From Patescibacteria group bacterium (lineage in GTDB: Bacteria > Patescibacteriota > Minisyncoccia > Phycocordibacterales > Phycocordibacteraceae), in contig JBBTSO010000003.1 in assembly GCA_038064695.1 (NCBI GenBank), positions 1-49,974 of the forward strand: a stretch of 49,974 bases of DNA. Direction: 5' to 3'. The position numbers were made by a program, and so were the translations under genes. This document shows, in pieces, positions 8,656-18,118 of this stretch (its first letter is position 1; each line of letters starts with the position of its first letter). A model generated the notes under the pieces. The model searched no databases. It saw only the letters and a list, made by a program, of their open reading frames with translations, and was not told the origin of the DNA.

Positions 8656-9660
8656 TTATAAAAAATTCACTTCAGGAACAATGTGAAGCGCCGTGTGTGC
8701 AAAAACTTTTTCTTGAACGAGTGCAGCGAGTGCGCGCACGTCGTTCGCTGTTGCGCCACGTTCCGTTGCAATCACCAACGGTTGCGCGTCCCACACGAAT
8801 GCGCCACCGACCTTGAGTCCTTTTGCGTGGACGACGTGGTCAAGAATCCACGCGAGAGATAACTTCACTCCACGTTGGTCTGGGTACTGCGGTAACCCTG
8901 AGTGCGCTACAGCAAGTCTTTCTGCCTCTGTATGGGTAACGACGGGGTTCATAAAGAACGAACCAGCAGTACCCACTTCATTAAGATCGGGAAACTTTTT
9001 TGTTCGTATAGAAAGCACCGCTTCACGCACGTCGTTCAAGGTCGGGTGCGAATGATGCTCAAAGTACTGTGTTAAATCTTTATAAGAAATACGCGGTGTT
9101 CCGTTTTTTTCCAAAACAAAAGCAACGCGTATGACCACATACCGATTAGGATTTTTTTTAAATACGCTCGTGCGGTATCCAAAATCAAGTTCGTCTTTGG
9201 AAAGTTTTTTTATTTCTTTCAACGTGCGATCGTACACCTCAACCCATAAAATTGTCTCTGACACTTGAGCACCGTACGCACCAATGTTTTGAATGGGTGC
9301 TGCACCAACACTTCCTGGAATGCCCGAAAGATTTTCAAGTCCCCAATAATTTTTTGAAATAGTATCGCGAACGAGCGAATCCCACGGGACTCCTGCTTCT
9401 ACCACAACGTGCACGCTTCCCTCTTTTTCTTCATAAGTAATTCCGTCGGTTGCAACCACGACGACGGTCCCATTAAAATATTCATCCGAGGGTAACACGT
9501 TTGAACCTCCGCCAAGAATCACCACCTGCTCACCTGCTTCATCTAAATGTCTGATGGTCTTAAAAAGTTTATCGCTCGTTCGAACTCTCTGAACAGCACG
9601 AATATCTCCACCTACCCTAAAGGTAGTGAGTTCTCTAAAAGACGGTGAGGTGTGATCCAT
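8656..9660 (-). CDS. murB: UDP-N-acetylenolpyruvoylglucosamine reductase
   Basis: TTFRVGG, LGGGSNVL, GLENLSGIPGSVGAAPIQNIGAYG, FGYRTSVF, GTAGSFFMNP. Confidence 0.97.
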   Translation of the reverse strand: MDHTSPSFRELTTFRVGGDIRAVQRVRTSDKLFKTIRHLDEAGEQVVILGGGSNVLPSDEYFNGTVVVVATDGITYEEKEGSVHVVVEAGVPWDSLVRDTISKNYWGLENLSGIPGSVGAAPIQNIGAYGAQVSETILWVEVYDRTLKEIKKLSKDELDFGYRTSVFKKNPNRYVVIRVAFVLEKNGTPRISYKDLTQYFEHHSHPTLNDVREAVLSIRTKKFPDLNEVGTAGSFFMNPVVTHTEAERLAVAHSGLPQYPDQRGVKLSLAWILDHVVHAKGLKVGGAFVWDAQPLVIATERGATANDVRALAALVQEKVFAHTALHIVPEVNFL

Positions 9661-9675
9661 TAAAAGTAGGCGGGA

Positions 9676-9759
9676 GTTCCCTCCACGGTGCGACTGACGG
9701 GCGCGAGCTCCAAAAAGATCTTATGTGAGTGCTGCCATCAGCCGCATCCTAGAGGCAAC
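9676..9759 (-). ncRNA. Candidate 84-nt rod-like structured RNA or murB 5' leader (RNA B)
   Basis: GTTGCCTCTA/TGGAGGGAAC and GATGCGGCTGATGG/CCGTCAGTCGCACC helices with G-U pairs; extended -10 TGaTATTCT (9766-9774) predicts +1 at 9759. Confidence 0.6.
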
Positions 9760-9814
9760 AATAAAAGAATATCATAGAGTCTAGAAAAACAAGCTGGCTA
9801 TTGATACTACCCGA

Positions 9815-9932
9815 GGGTGATGAAAATTGATGCAATGCGAGGCGCTAAGGAGTGCGGGCCTGAGGCGTATTTTGGATACGGTGAAGGCGTAAACGACGCC
9901 AGCAACGATGCAGAGCGCAATTTCCATCACCC
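9815..9932. repeat. RPE/MITE-like palindromic element
   Basis: Terminal inverted repeats GGGTGATGAAAATTG / CAATTTCCATCACCC (14/15); central CGTAT-TTTGG-ATACG hairpin at the midpoint. Confidence 0.6.
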
Positions 9933-9937
9933 GACAA

Positions 9938-9967
9938 ACGAAAAACCCCCTTGCGGGGGTCTTTCGT
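9938..9967 (-). terminator. Intrinsic terminator
   Basis: Minus strand ACGAAAGACCCCC-GCAA-GGGGGTTTTTCGT. Confidence 0.8.
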
Positions 9968-10006
9968 AGATCTTTGGAGCCAATACATTTAAGTATCAGC
10001 ACTCAC
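9938..10006 (-). ncRNA. Candidate ~70-nt small RNA (RNA A)
   Basis: Lies between a near-consensus promoter and a terminator; hairpin GCTGATAC-TTAAAT-GTATTGGC; no credible ORF. Confidence 0.6.
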
Positions 10007-10012
10007 CCTTCT

Positions 10013-10041
10013 AATATAGCAAATCGGGAGCCCTTTTGCAA
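10013..10041 (-). promoter_or_regulatory. Sigma70 promoter for RNA A
   Basis: TTGCAA-17 bp-TATATT with extended -10 TG. Confidence 0.65.
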
Positions 10042-10052
10042 GCGGCTAAAAC

Positions 10053-10379
10053 TCAAACAAGCGGTTCAAGACACACATAGCAAGAGCCCTCTCGCCACGT
10101 GGACCATGGCATAGTTAAAAGAATATGAGGACCACCTGTCGGTTTACATACACCATGGTCAAAGTCATATCTCCCTTTTAAATTTGCAGCTTCTAAACCT
10201 TCCATTCGCCTTTTTGCCTCTTCAGTGAGAGAAATAGGAAGGTCAGCATTATCTTCGCCTGACACTCCATCAGAAAAATCAACATCAGAAATCAGTTGTT
10301 GCAGGTAATACGCCACACCGAGAGCGGCTAGGGTTGCCACTCCACCGAGCACAATGCGGTTTTTTATAGCTTCAGTCAT
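10053..10379 (-). CDS. Hypothetical N-terminally anchored protein with C-terminal Cys/His cluster
   Basis: TM RIVLGGVATLAALGVAYYL; HGVC...H...CYVC; upstream TTGACA-18-TATACA. Confidence 0.6.
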   Translation of the reverse strand: MTEAIKNRIVLGGVATLAALGVAYYLQQLISDVDFSDGVSGEDNADLPISLTEEAKRRMEGLEAANLKGRYDFDHGVCKPTGGPHILLTMPWSTWREGSCYVCLEPLV

Positions 10380-10439
10380 GCAGGTATGTATACACCCGCT
10401 CACACACCCATGTCAAAAATACACTTTTTCAGTGTCTCT

Positions 10440-12614
10440 CTATGGATTCCTACCCGCCTCTATCTCCCCTATATAATATTCGCCTTGGGCTGCAAAGTCA
10501 GGGTTGAGACGCATGGCCTCTCGTAAGGATGCCACTGCTTTCACGCGCTCGCCGTTATCAACATACGCTGCGGCAAGTTGCAGGTGAGTTTGAAAATTGT
10601 CAGGATCTTTTCGAACACGCTCTTCAGCGATTGCCACCACGCGGTCGGTCAATTTAAGGTCAATATATGTCTGGAGAATAACGCCATCGTCTGGGGTAAG
10701 CGTTCCAAATCCTTCCTGAAGGAGTGATTCGCCAAGTGCGCGTTCACCGGAGCGGAGCGCTGCTGCAGCGTAAAGAATACGCGCGCGGTCATAGTTTGGT
10801 TCAAGCTCAAACGCTTCCTTGAAGAAATTGAGTGCTGCTTGTTGGTTACCGTCTTCCAACGCCATAACGCCTTGTTCAAAAATGATGTTCTGCTTTTTTG
10901 GTGACAGCGCGCGTGCTTTTTCAAGCTCCACGACCGATCCTTCACGGTCGCCTATTTGACGCAAGAACGAACCGTAAAACACCTGCAAGCGCGCGTCGTT
11001 TGGCGTACGCGCAAGTTCTGTTTTAAGAGCATCACGTGCAAACAACGCAACCTCACCTCTGAATGCATCGTTGCTGAGGTGCAACAGATTTTGACTTCTA
11101 ATTTGAGTGGCAAATTGAATCAGCTGCTCGTGTACTTCTTGGCGACCAACGCCAGAAGGTCCTATTACTTTTTTATACTCTTCAAAATTCCGAGTAATGC
11201 CTTCCTCGTACGGTTTCAACGCATTTATGAGGCCTGACGCTCTCGCGATGCCAGGAATATTGGCAACATAGAACACGCCTAAAAAAACAACCAGCGTTAG
11301 AGCGCCCACCGTTTGTACGGTTGATGGTGAGTACTGCGTGGCAGCGTACAGCGTTGGCTTCCCTTCGGTGTGACGACTCACCACGTACGCAAGCACCGTG
11401 AAGAAAAATATATAACTGATGAGGTTATCAAATACAAACAAGTTGTGGAAAGAGTATCCTGCGAGAAGTCCAGTGAGGAGCGCGCGCTCTTCAACACCAA
11501 AGACGCTTCCTGGTTTCCAGAGGTACCACAAAGTACATACTGAGAGCGTGAGGTAAAGCACAAGGCCCACTAACCCCCCTGCGACGAGCCAGTCAAAAAA
11601 CACATTGTGCGCGCGGTCAAACCACGGTTCCTGCGCGTAAAGCGAAGGGTCGTAGTGAGTGTTAAACACATAGTTAAACCCTTCCTGTCCCCAGCCGAAA
11701 ACCGGACGCTCTTGAAAACCTTTTATCGCCATTCCCCAAATCGCAAAACGGGTTTCTCCTTCAGAGAGCGAAATGGAGGCGATGCGTGACAACACATCAT
11801 TCTGCTGCACCACTGCCGAATCTTTAAGAATAAAAAACCCACCTGACACGACGAGTACTCCGGCAACGAGCGCTATCCCCGCCTTTCGTAGCAATGCATT
11901 TCCTTTTTGGAAAAACGCAAAGACCAGTCCTGAAACCAGAAGTCCCCCAATGAGACCAAGAATGGTTCCGCGCGTTGCGGTATAAAAAACCATGAGCACC
12001 TGCAAAACTAACGCAAACCCAAGAAAAACCTGTGCCCACTTGTGCCACTTCCATTTTGCGAACGCGAGGAGTGCAAAAAATACATGGAAGAGCATGTACA
12101 CCGCGAGGTAGGTGGCATTTCCTAATGTTGCGTCAACGCGAACACCTCCCTGATTAATAGTGAGCACGCCCCCCAGTTGCAATACACCATAAAGCCCCAC
12201 GAGCGCCGATACTCCAATTGTTGTAATGAGAAATCGCTTCCATAATTTTTCTCCTTGGAGCATAACGTTCACCACGACAAAATACGCGCCAAGATGAAGT
12301 ATGGTGATATACCCTTCCATACGCTCGAAATTGCTCCAAAACGCTTTTGACGGGTTTTCCGCTAACACGGTTGAAATGCCGATTGAAACTACGAAGGCGA
12401 GAAGTACATAAAGAAGCGCGGACGCTTTCGGCCGCACCGACGAATCTATAAACGCCAAAACTACCCATAGAGCGAAAACGACTTCTACAATGATACGAAA
12501 CGCAAACGCTTTACCCGTAATAAAAGGGAAGAAAAACCCATTCACAACAATAAACGGAATAAAAAGAACGGCAAATAACCCCACCAAAATGCCCTGCCGA
12601 AATATGCTTTTCAT
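10440..12614 (-). CDS. O-antigen ligase/Wzy-like membrane protein with C-terminal TPRs
   Basis: Multiple TMs, RVDATLGN, TATRG, RPVFGWGQE, FDRAHN; TPR-like C-terminal helices. Confidence 0.9.
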   Translation of the reverse strand: MKSIFRQGILVGLFAVLFIPFIVVNGFFFPFITGKAFAFRIIVEVVFALWVVLAFIDSSVRPKASALLYVLLAFVVSIGISTVLAENPSKAFWSNFERMEGYITILHLGAYFVVVNVMLQGEKLWKRFLITTIGVSALVGLYGVLQLGGVLTINQGGVRVDATLGNATYLAVYMLFHVFFALLAFAKWKWHKWAQVFLGFALVLQVLMVFYTATRGTILGLIGGLLVSGLVFAFFQKGNALLRKAGIALVAGVLVVSGGFFILKDSAVVQQNDVLSRIASISLSEGETRFAIWGMAIKGFQERPVFGWGQEGFNYVFNTHYDPSLYAQEPWFDRAHNVFFDWLVAGGLVGLVLYLTLSVCTLWYLWKPGSVFGVEERALLTGLLAGYSFHNLFVFDNLISYIFFFTVLAYVVSRHTEGKPTLYAATQYSPSTVQTVGALTLVVFLGVFYVANIPGIARASGLINALKPYEEGITRNFEEYKKVIGPSGVGRQEVHEQLIQFATQIRSQNLLHLSNDAFRGEVALFARDALKTELARTPNDARLQVFYGSFLRQIGDREGSVVELEKARALSPKKQNIIFEQGVMALEDGNQQAALNFFKEAFELEPNYDRARILYAAAALRSGERALGESLLQEGFGTLTPDDGVILQTYIDLKLTDRVVAIAEERVRKDPDNFQTHLQLAAAYVDNGERVKAVASLREAMRLNPDFAAQGEYYIGEIEAGRNP

Positions 12615-12735
12615 AGTGAGTACTATACCATCTCCATGGTTTGTTATAAAAAAGTCGGAGGAAGTAGTACTCCTACTGAAGCAAGCGAAAACGCTATCTT
12701 GGCAAAGGAAAAAGTTTAAAAATCAACAAAAATTT

Positions 12736-13959
12736 TCAAATTTCTTCAGCGCGTAAGTAACTCCCCTTCATTATGGTAGTTGCATTTCCGTTGGAGGTTG
12801 CCTGCGCCCATTTGAGTTGAAAATCCCCTGATGTGCTACTAGTCTTAACTGTACCTTTAATATGAATAGATGTTGGTACGTCGGCAGGTAAATTAATACG
12901 ATTACTCTCTTCCCCCGAAACTAGTACCATTTCATTCACATCGTTTGTATACCCAAGCGCAATATCAACGTCAGTTTGACCAAAAAATCCGATAAGAATG
13001 TCCGGAGTTGCACTTGTTGATGAGGCAAAAATAACACCATCAATAATATAGGTCTTATTTGCAGACAACGATAACACAAGGTTGTCGTCATTTTGTAGAA
13101 CTGTTGAATTGATAACGGACTCATTTACAGATTTTCGCACTTTTAAAAGTTCGTTAAATTCAGCAAACGGCGCACTGACACTGTATGAGGGAGAGCCAGT
13201 TGCGGTCAGATTATTATTGCTTCCTGTTGAATCATTTGCGTTATTGTTTAATTTCCAATATCCAACAAGTCCATTTTCATTCCCGTTTAATTCACGAGAC
13301 ATGTCATCAGCAACTTCCGTGTCAGTCCGTGTTACATTCCAAACCCGCACATCATCAATCAAACCGTCGAAGAACCACGCGGGTGTTGTATCAGTGTTTA
13401 CAGCGCCGATTGAAAAATTCTCTGAATTTGTGGCGAGAGAAGAAGCCCCTGAGCTATTTGTGCTTACAGAAATAGACGATCCATTTTTATACATCGAAAC
13501 TGCTTGCGTGGTCGGATTGACTACTACTGCTAAGTGCACCCACTGTCCAATGTCACCACTGCTCACCACCGTATTTGTTGAATATTTACGTGTATCATTA
13601 CCTGTACTATCCCAATAAATTATTGTCATTTTATTTTCGAATGTGCCTGTGTCAAGAAACCACCGGTATCCTTTATCACTACTCGTCATTTTATTGATTA
13701 GTGTGAGAGCTCCTCCCGCTGAGGGGAGCTGTTCAAGTTTTACCCACGCCTCCAAAGTGAACGACCCTGACAAATCCAAACCACTTTGTGCAGCATCTGA
13801 AATTACTAAATACTGACTGGAAGACTGTTCAAGATCAACTGAATGGGAGTTTAATGCTCTGACAGAAGGTACGCCAAGAAGAAAAAAAACTACTCCTATA
13901 AGAAAGAAGAAGCCGTACATCATAAATAAAGGAGAGGAATCAAAACTTGTTTTTTTCAT
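12736..13959 (-). CDS. Secreted LamG-like jellyroll domain protein
   Basis: Signal peptide; FTLEAWVK, WVHLAVV, FDGLIDDVRVWN, GLVGYWKLN. Confidence 0.85.
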   Translation of the reverse strand: MKKTSFDSSPLFMMYGFFFLIGVVFFLLGVPSVRALNSHSVDLEQSSSQYLVISDAAQSGLDLSGSFTLEAWVKLEQLPSAGGALTLINKMTSSDKGYRWFLDTGTFENKMTIIYWDSTGNDTRKYSTNTVVSSGDIGQWVHLAVVVNPTTQAVSMYKNGSSISVSTNSSGASSLATNSENFSIGAVNTDTTPAWFFDGLIDDVRVWNVTRTDTEVADDMSRELNGNENGLVGYWKLNNNANDSTGSNNNLTATGSPSYSVSAPFAEFNELLKVRKSVNESVINSTVLQNDDNLVLSLSANKTYIIDGVIFASSTSATPDILIGFFGQTDVDIALGYTNDVNEMVLVSGEESNRINLPADVPTSIHIKGTVKTSSTSGDFQLKWAQATSNGNATTIMKGSYLRAEEI

Positions 13960-14202
13960 ATTTTCTTTCTTTATTAGGAGGACACAAATAATATATAGTT
14001 TCCTAAAATACAGGGTAACACCAGTGTAACCAAAATAGAAATTCAGCGGAATAATAAATGTGCAAAAGAGTCTATATGAATTCTCTCTGCGAATATGTCA
14101 TTCGTATCAAAAATTACACGGACTGCACCAGTTTCAAAGTATTCTTAAATGGAGATACGAGTAACAACCCACCGAAAAATCAAGTATGATGTGATCATAT
14201 TC

Positions 14203-15435
14203 ATGCTCAATACAGGGTTAGAAAAAATAGGGCAATTTCTTCAAACTGACGCCCACTACTTGTTTAAAGGTTCATCCTGGCTCGGAATGAGCCAAGCTAT
14301 TGCAGCACTCGCTTCTTTTGGTGCCGCGGTTGCTTTTGCAAACTTGCTACCCCCAAATGACTACGGAACATACAAGTACGTTCTCGGGGTAATGGGTGTA
14401 CTCGCAGTCACCACACTTCCAGAACTGTCTACCGTAGTAGTGCAAACATCGGCAAAGGGAGCTACGGGGACACTCATCCCAGCGCTCATTGCCCGCGTTC
14501 GTTTTAGTTTCATTGGAGTCCTACTGGGGCTCGGCATTGCCGGGTATTATGCGTTCCAAGGAAATATAGAACTCACTATACCATTTTTAATAGTTGCCCT
14601 TGCATTGCCTATTATTGAACCGTTGGCAACCACTCAAGGAGTCTTTGTAGGAAAACGTCTTTTTAAAGAAGCGGCAATTTATACTTCCGTCACTGCAGTA
14701 GCATCAGCGGTGGGAGTAATAGTCGTACTTCTTTTTACTGACAATGTGTGGATGGTGCTTCTCGCTTACCTTCTTGCAACATTGGTGAGTCGGTTTTTCC
14801 GTTTGCGGCAAGTATGGAAAATAGCAAAGCAAGAAAAAGTTGATTATGACGCACTTAAGTTTGGGATGCACCTTTCGTTTTCGGTCGCCATAGCCGGCGT
14901 TGCAGCAAACGCCGACTCGCTTATTTTGTGGCATATGACCAACCCGGAAACGCTCGCCGTATACGCGTTTGCTGTGGCAACACTCACTCCCGCGCGCACA
15001 TTTTTAAAAACACTAGTAAACCTTGCCCATCCAAAAATTGCAGTAGCAAATCACGAAACACTCCAGGGTAATCTCCTCGGAAGAATCACTCGTTCATGGT
15101 TTATTCTGCTTTTACCTGTCGCACTTTTCATAACGATAATGCCCTTTATTTATGAGATATTTTTTCCACGCTATATGGAAGCAGTACCCTTGGCACAAGT
15201 AATGGCGCTTGGATTAATTTTCACCCCCAACAAGCTTTTGTCAGTTGCTCTAATTGCTCGACAAAAAGCAGGTCCGCTTTATCATGTAGGAATCTGGGCT
15301 TCAGGGGCCAGAATTATATTATTTGTTACACTAGTTCCGCTTTTTGGAATTTGGGGAGCAGTCTTTGCGACCCTTTTATCACAAACATTCTCTGGACTCG
15401 TTACGTATATTTTTTTCAAAAGAAAAATATCATAG
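14203..15435 (+). CDS. Wzx-type oligosaccharide flippase (ORF could start at 14149)
   Basis: Polytopic; ANLLPPNDYGTYKY, LVPLFGIWGAVFATL motifs. Confidence 0.85.
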   Translation: MLNTGLEKIGQFLQTDAHYLFKGSSWLGMSQAIAALASFGAAVAFANLLPPNDYGTYKYVLGVMGVLAVTTLPELSTVVVQTSAKGATGTLIPALIARVRFSFIGVLLGLGIAGYYAFQGNIELTIPFLIVALALPIIEPLATTQGVFVGKRLFKEAAIYTSVTAVASAVGVIVVLLFTDNVWMVLLAYLLATLVSRFFRLRQVWKIAKQEKVDYDALKFGMHLSFSVAIAGVAANADSLILWHMTNPETLAVYAFAVATLTPARTFLKTLVNLAHPKIAVANHETLQGNLLGRITRSWFILLLPVALFITIMPFIYEIFFPRYMEAVPLAQVMALGLIFTPNKLLSVALIARQKAGPLYHVGIWASGARIILFVTLVPLFGIWGAVFATLLSQTFSGLVTYIFFKRKIS

Positions 15436-15437
15436 AC

Positions 15438-16217
15438 ATGAAAAGTAAATTAATTCAAAAAATAAAACGCGCTTATGGACTTTTTAAAACAATAGGACTT
15501 AAAAATACGTGCCCTATTTGTTCTTGGAGTGCTCGTTATTTTTATGATGCTGGTTTTGACTTTCCAGTTCTCAAAAAATATAAGATTATCTCTGCAGGAT
15601 TTCGTCATAACGTACGTTGCCCTCGATGCAACTCCTCTGAAAGAGAACGTTTAATATATCTTTTTCTAAAAAGAAAAACTAAAACCTTTTTGAACAACAG
15701 TTCAATTCTCCATGTTGCACCTGAAAAAAGCCTTCAAAAAGTTTTAAAAAAAAGAAGACATGGCACTCATGTGAGTGTAGATATCAACTCTCCCTTTGCC
15801 GACATTGTCGCCGATATACAAGCAATTCCGTATGGTGATCATTCGTTTGATGTTATTATCTGCAGCCATGTTTTAGAGCATGTTCCAGACGATTTAAAGG
15901 CAATGCGAGAGTTTGTAAGAGTTCTTAAGCTAGGAGGCATAGCTATTCTCCAAGTTCCTTACTCCCCTATATTGAAAGAAACATACGAAGATTGGAGTGT
16001 CACACTGCCAGTGGAGCGAGAACGAGTCTTTGGACAAACTGACCACGTTCGGATTTACGGGACGGACTATCCTGATCGATTGAGCATTGCGGGTTTCAAA
16101 GTAGAAACAATTTTACCCCATACATTTCTTACCAAGAAAGAGATTGTTCGTTATTCTCTCAATCCAGAAGAATCTGTATTCTTCTGTAGTCTTAAGTCAG
16201 ACAAAAAAAATTTATAA
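15438..16217 (+). CDS. Class I SAM-dependent methyltransferase with CxxC pairs
   Basis: CPIC/CPRC, ILHVAPE, FDVIICSHVLEHV, GQTDHVRIYG. Confidence 0.85.
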   Translation: MKSKLIQKIKRAYGLFKTIGLKNTCPICSWSARYFYDAGFDFPVLKKYKIISAGFRHNVRCPRCNSSERERLIYLFLKRKTKTFLNNSSILHVAPEKSLQKVLKKRRHGTHVSVDINSPFADIVADIQAIPYGDHSFDVIICSHVLEHVPDDLKAMREFVRVLKLGGIAILQVPYSPILKETYEDWSVTLPVERERVFGQTDHVRIYGTDYPDRLSIAGFKVETILPHTFLTKKEIVRYSLNPEESVFFCSLKSDKKNL

Positions 16218-17072
16218 AAACTCTTTCAAAGAAACGGAAAGAAAGTGTCCAACAACTCGGGCATTAAACTCAAATTTTAGTGATTTCTCAAAATACTCGC
16301 GCGCGCGTTTATATTGTTTCAAATCCCGATACCAAAGTCCTATCCAAAAATAATGTTTTGCTAAGAGACGAGGGTGCTGAGAAAACAACTCAGAATGTTT
16401 TTCTAACAACAATTCTCTTCCTTTTATGCGACGTTCAATATCTCCACCAATGTGCTCGTGCGGTAACATGTTGACGGTTGCAAGTGGTTTATTAAGACCT
16501 ATACCTTTAAATTTTTGAGATATCCGTAGTACCAACTCGGCCTCTTGGTGAGATGGGAGCCGTTCGTCAAAAAATCCAATGACATCAAAAACGTTCTTTT
16601 TTATCAGCAACGTTGAAGTCATGTATCCCTTGAAGCGTGTTAATGCAGTAATGTGCAAATCAGATAGTCCTTCCTCAACAGTTGTTTCTGACATTCCACT
16701 TGATTCAAGTTTTTTAATCCCCGAGAAACAAAAACCAACATTTGAATCGGAATCACGAAATGCGTCGTACTGTAACTGTAATTTTTCTGGCACCCACGTA
16801 TCATCGTCGTCAAGAAATGCAACAAGAGGTGCTGAAGCTACTTTAATACCTGTGTTACGCGCTGCAGACCCTCCCCGCCTTGGTGTTTGATGTTGTATGT
16901 AGGTAATTCGTGAGTCAGAAAATTTCTCAACAACAGAGGCGGAATCAATATCTCCGTCGTCCACAACAATAATTTCAAAATCTTGAAATGTTTGATCTAG
17001 TACCGATTGAATAGCATGCTTTAGAAATTCGGACCTATTAAACGTTGGTATAACAACAGATACTTTCGTCAT
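16212..17072 (-). CDS. Glycosyltransferase family 2
   Basis: VSVVIPTFNR, IIVVDDG, ARNTG, AFLDDDD. Confidence 0.93.
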   Translation of the reverse strand: MTKVSVVIPTFNRSEFLKHAIQSVLDQTFQDFEIIVVDDGDIDSASVVEKFSDSRITYIQHQTPRRGGSAARNTGIKVASAPLVAFLDDDDTWVPEKLQLQYDAFRDSDSNVGFCFSGIKKLESSGMSETTVEEGLSDLHITALTRFKGYMTSTLLIKKNVFDVIGFFDERLPSHQEAELVLRISQKFKGIGLNKPLATVNMLPHEHIGGDIERRIKGRELLLEKHSELFSQHPRLLAKHYFWIGLWYRDLKQYKRAREYFEKSLKFEFNARVVGHFLSVSLKEFL

Positions 17073-18118
17073 ACGGTGGAAGAAATAATCTCCTCAAACT
17101 CTTTAACCCTTTGATTCCAACCTTCCATTGATTCTACAAACACCTTTCCCTCCTCTGCAATGCGATGACGAAGTTCATGGTCAGTTACTACACATTCAAG
17201 TTGATGATACAAATCATCCGTATTTCGCCTCTCTGCAACGAGAGCGGTTTTATTATGAAAAGCATAGTCGCGCGAACCGCCATTATCATAGGTCACCAGC
17301 GCAAGTCCGCACGCCATGGCTTCAATGGAAGGCAATCCGAAACCCTCATCCCAAGAGGGACAAAGGTAGATATCAGCGCTTGAATACAGTTCAGCAAGTT
17401 TATGTTGGGGAACATTGAAGTGATACTCATCATAAGGAAATAAAATATCAGACTTCTGACGTACCCCGAATAATACGAGGCGGACGTGTGGATACTTCCT
17501 TTTGAGTTTTTGTATAACTTCTACCCCCTCAGCAGTTCCTTTCCATTCGTAAACGTGGTGGAGTAACATAACACGTACAGTTTCACTTTTTATTTTTTTG
17601 GAAACTTTGTAAAACTGTTTTAGATCTATAGGGTTCAATAGCAACATTGCTTCCTGCCCATGTTCTTTTTTTAGAATTTCTTTAAGCCACGTTGAAACAA
17701 CAACCTTCTTTGCTTTAGTTTCATATGCTCTGTTAGCAATATCTCGGTCAACATGATAAAGCCCTTCGTCGTGTTGAAGGAGGTAAAATTGTCTACCTTT
17801 TGATGGAGGAAAATTGTCTGCAAGGAGGGCCGTTTGACTTGTAGTGACAACGGTAACATCTGCGTCAGCAAGATACCTCGCTTCAAGTGACGGCACTCTA
17901 ACAACTTGTGTTTGAAAATGTTCTATCCAATGCGGATACCCTAGATGAAATATATTTGCAACGGTACGACGTATAGGGTTATTGCTCTGTACATAGATAC
18001 GAACTTTGTGTCCACGTTTTTTTAAGAGATTGGCGTATGTTAAAGCAATTTTTACCCCACCTGAAATGCGAAGGTGTGGTAGCAAAAAATTAATGGACAT
18101 TGAATTTTTCATGTGCAA
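17069..18118 (-). CDS. Glycosyltransferase family 4
   Basis: SGGVK, EGFGLPSIEAMACG. Confidence 0.92.
   Translation of the reverse strand: MHMKNSMSINFLLPHLRISGGVKIALTYANLLKKRGHKVRIYVQSNNPIRRTVANIFHLGYPHWIEHFQTQVVRVPSLEARYLADADVTVVTTSQTALLADNFPPSKGRQFYLLQHDEGLYHVDRDIANRAYETKAKKVVVSTWLKEILKKEHGQEAMLLLNPIDLKQFYKVSKKIKSETVRVMLLHHVYEWKGTAEGVEVIQKLKRKYPHVRLVLFGVRQKSDILFPYDEYHFNVPQHKLAELYSSADIYLCPSWDEGFGLPSIEAMACGLALVTYDNGGSRDYAFHNKTALVAERRNTDDLYHQLECVVTDHELRHRIAEEGKVFVESMEGWNQRVKEFEEIISSTV

Noticed and set aside
9663-9760. RNA B as SRP RNA, tmRNA, RNase P or ZTP riboswitch
   Set aside because: No SRP GGAA loop with CAGG/AGCAG, no T-loop or CCA end, no GAGGAAAGUCC; GCGACTGACG resembles ZTP only superficially and is on the opposite strand to murB
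9781-10114. ORFs 9781..10002 (-) and 9908..10114 (+)
   Set aside because: They cross a terminator and a palindromic element, have weak starts and no protein-like features
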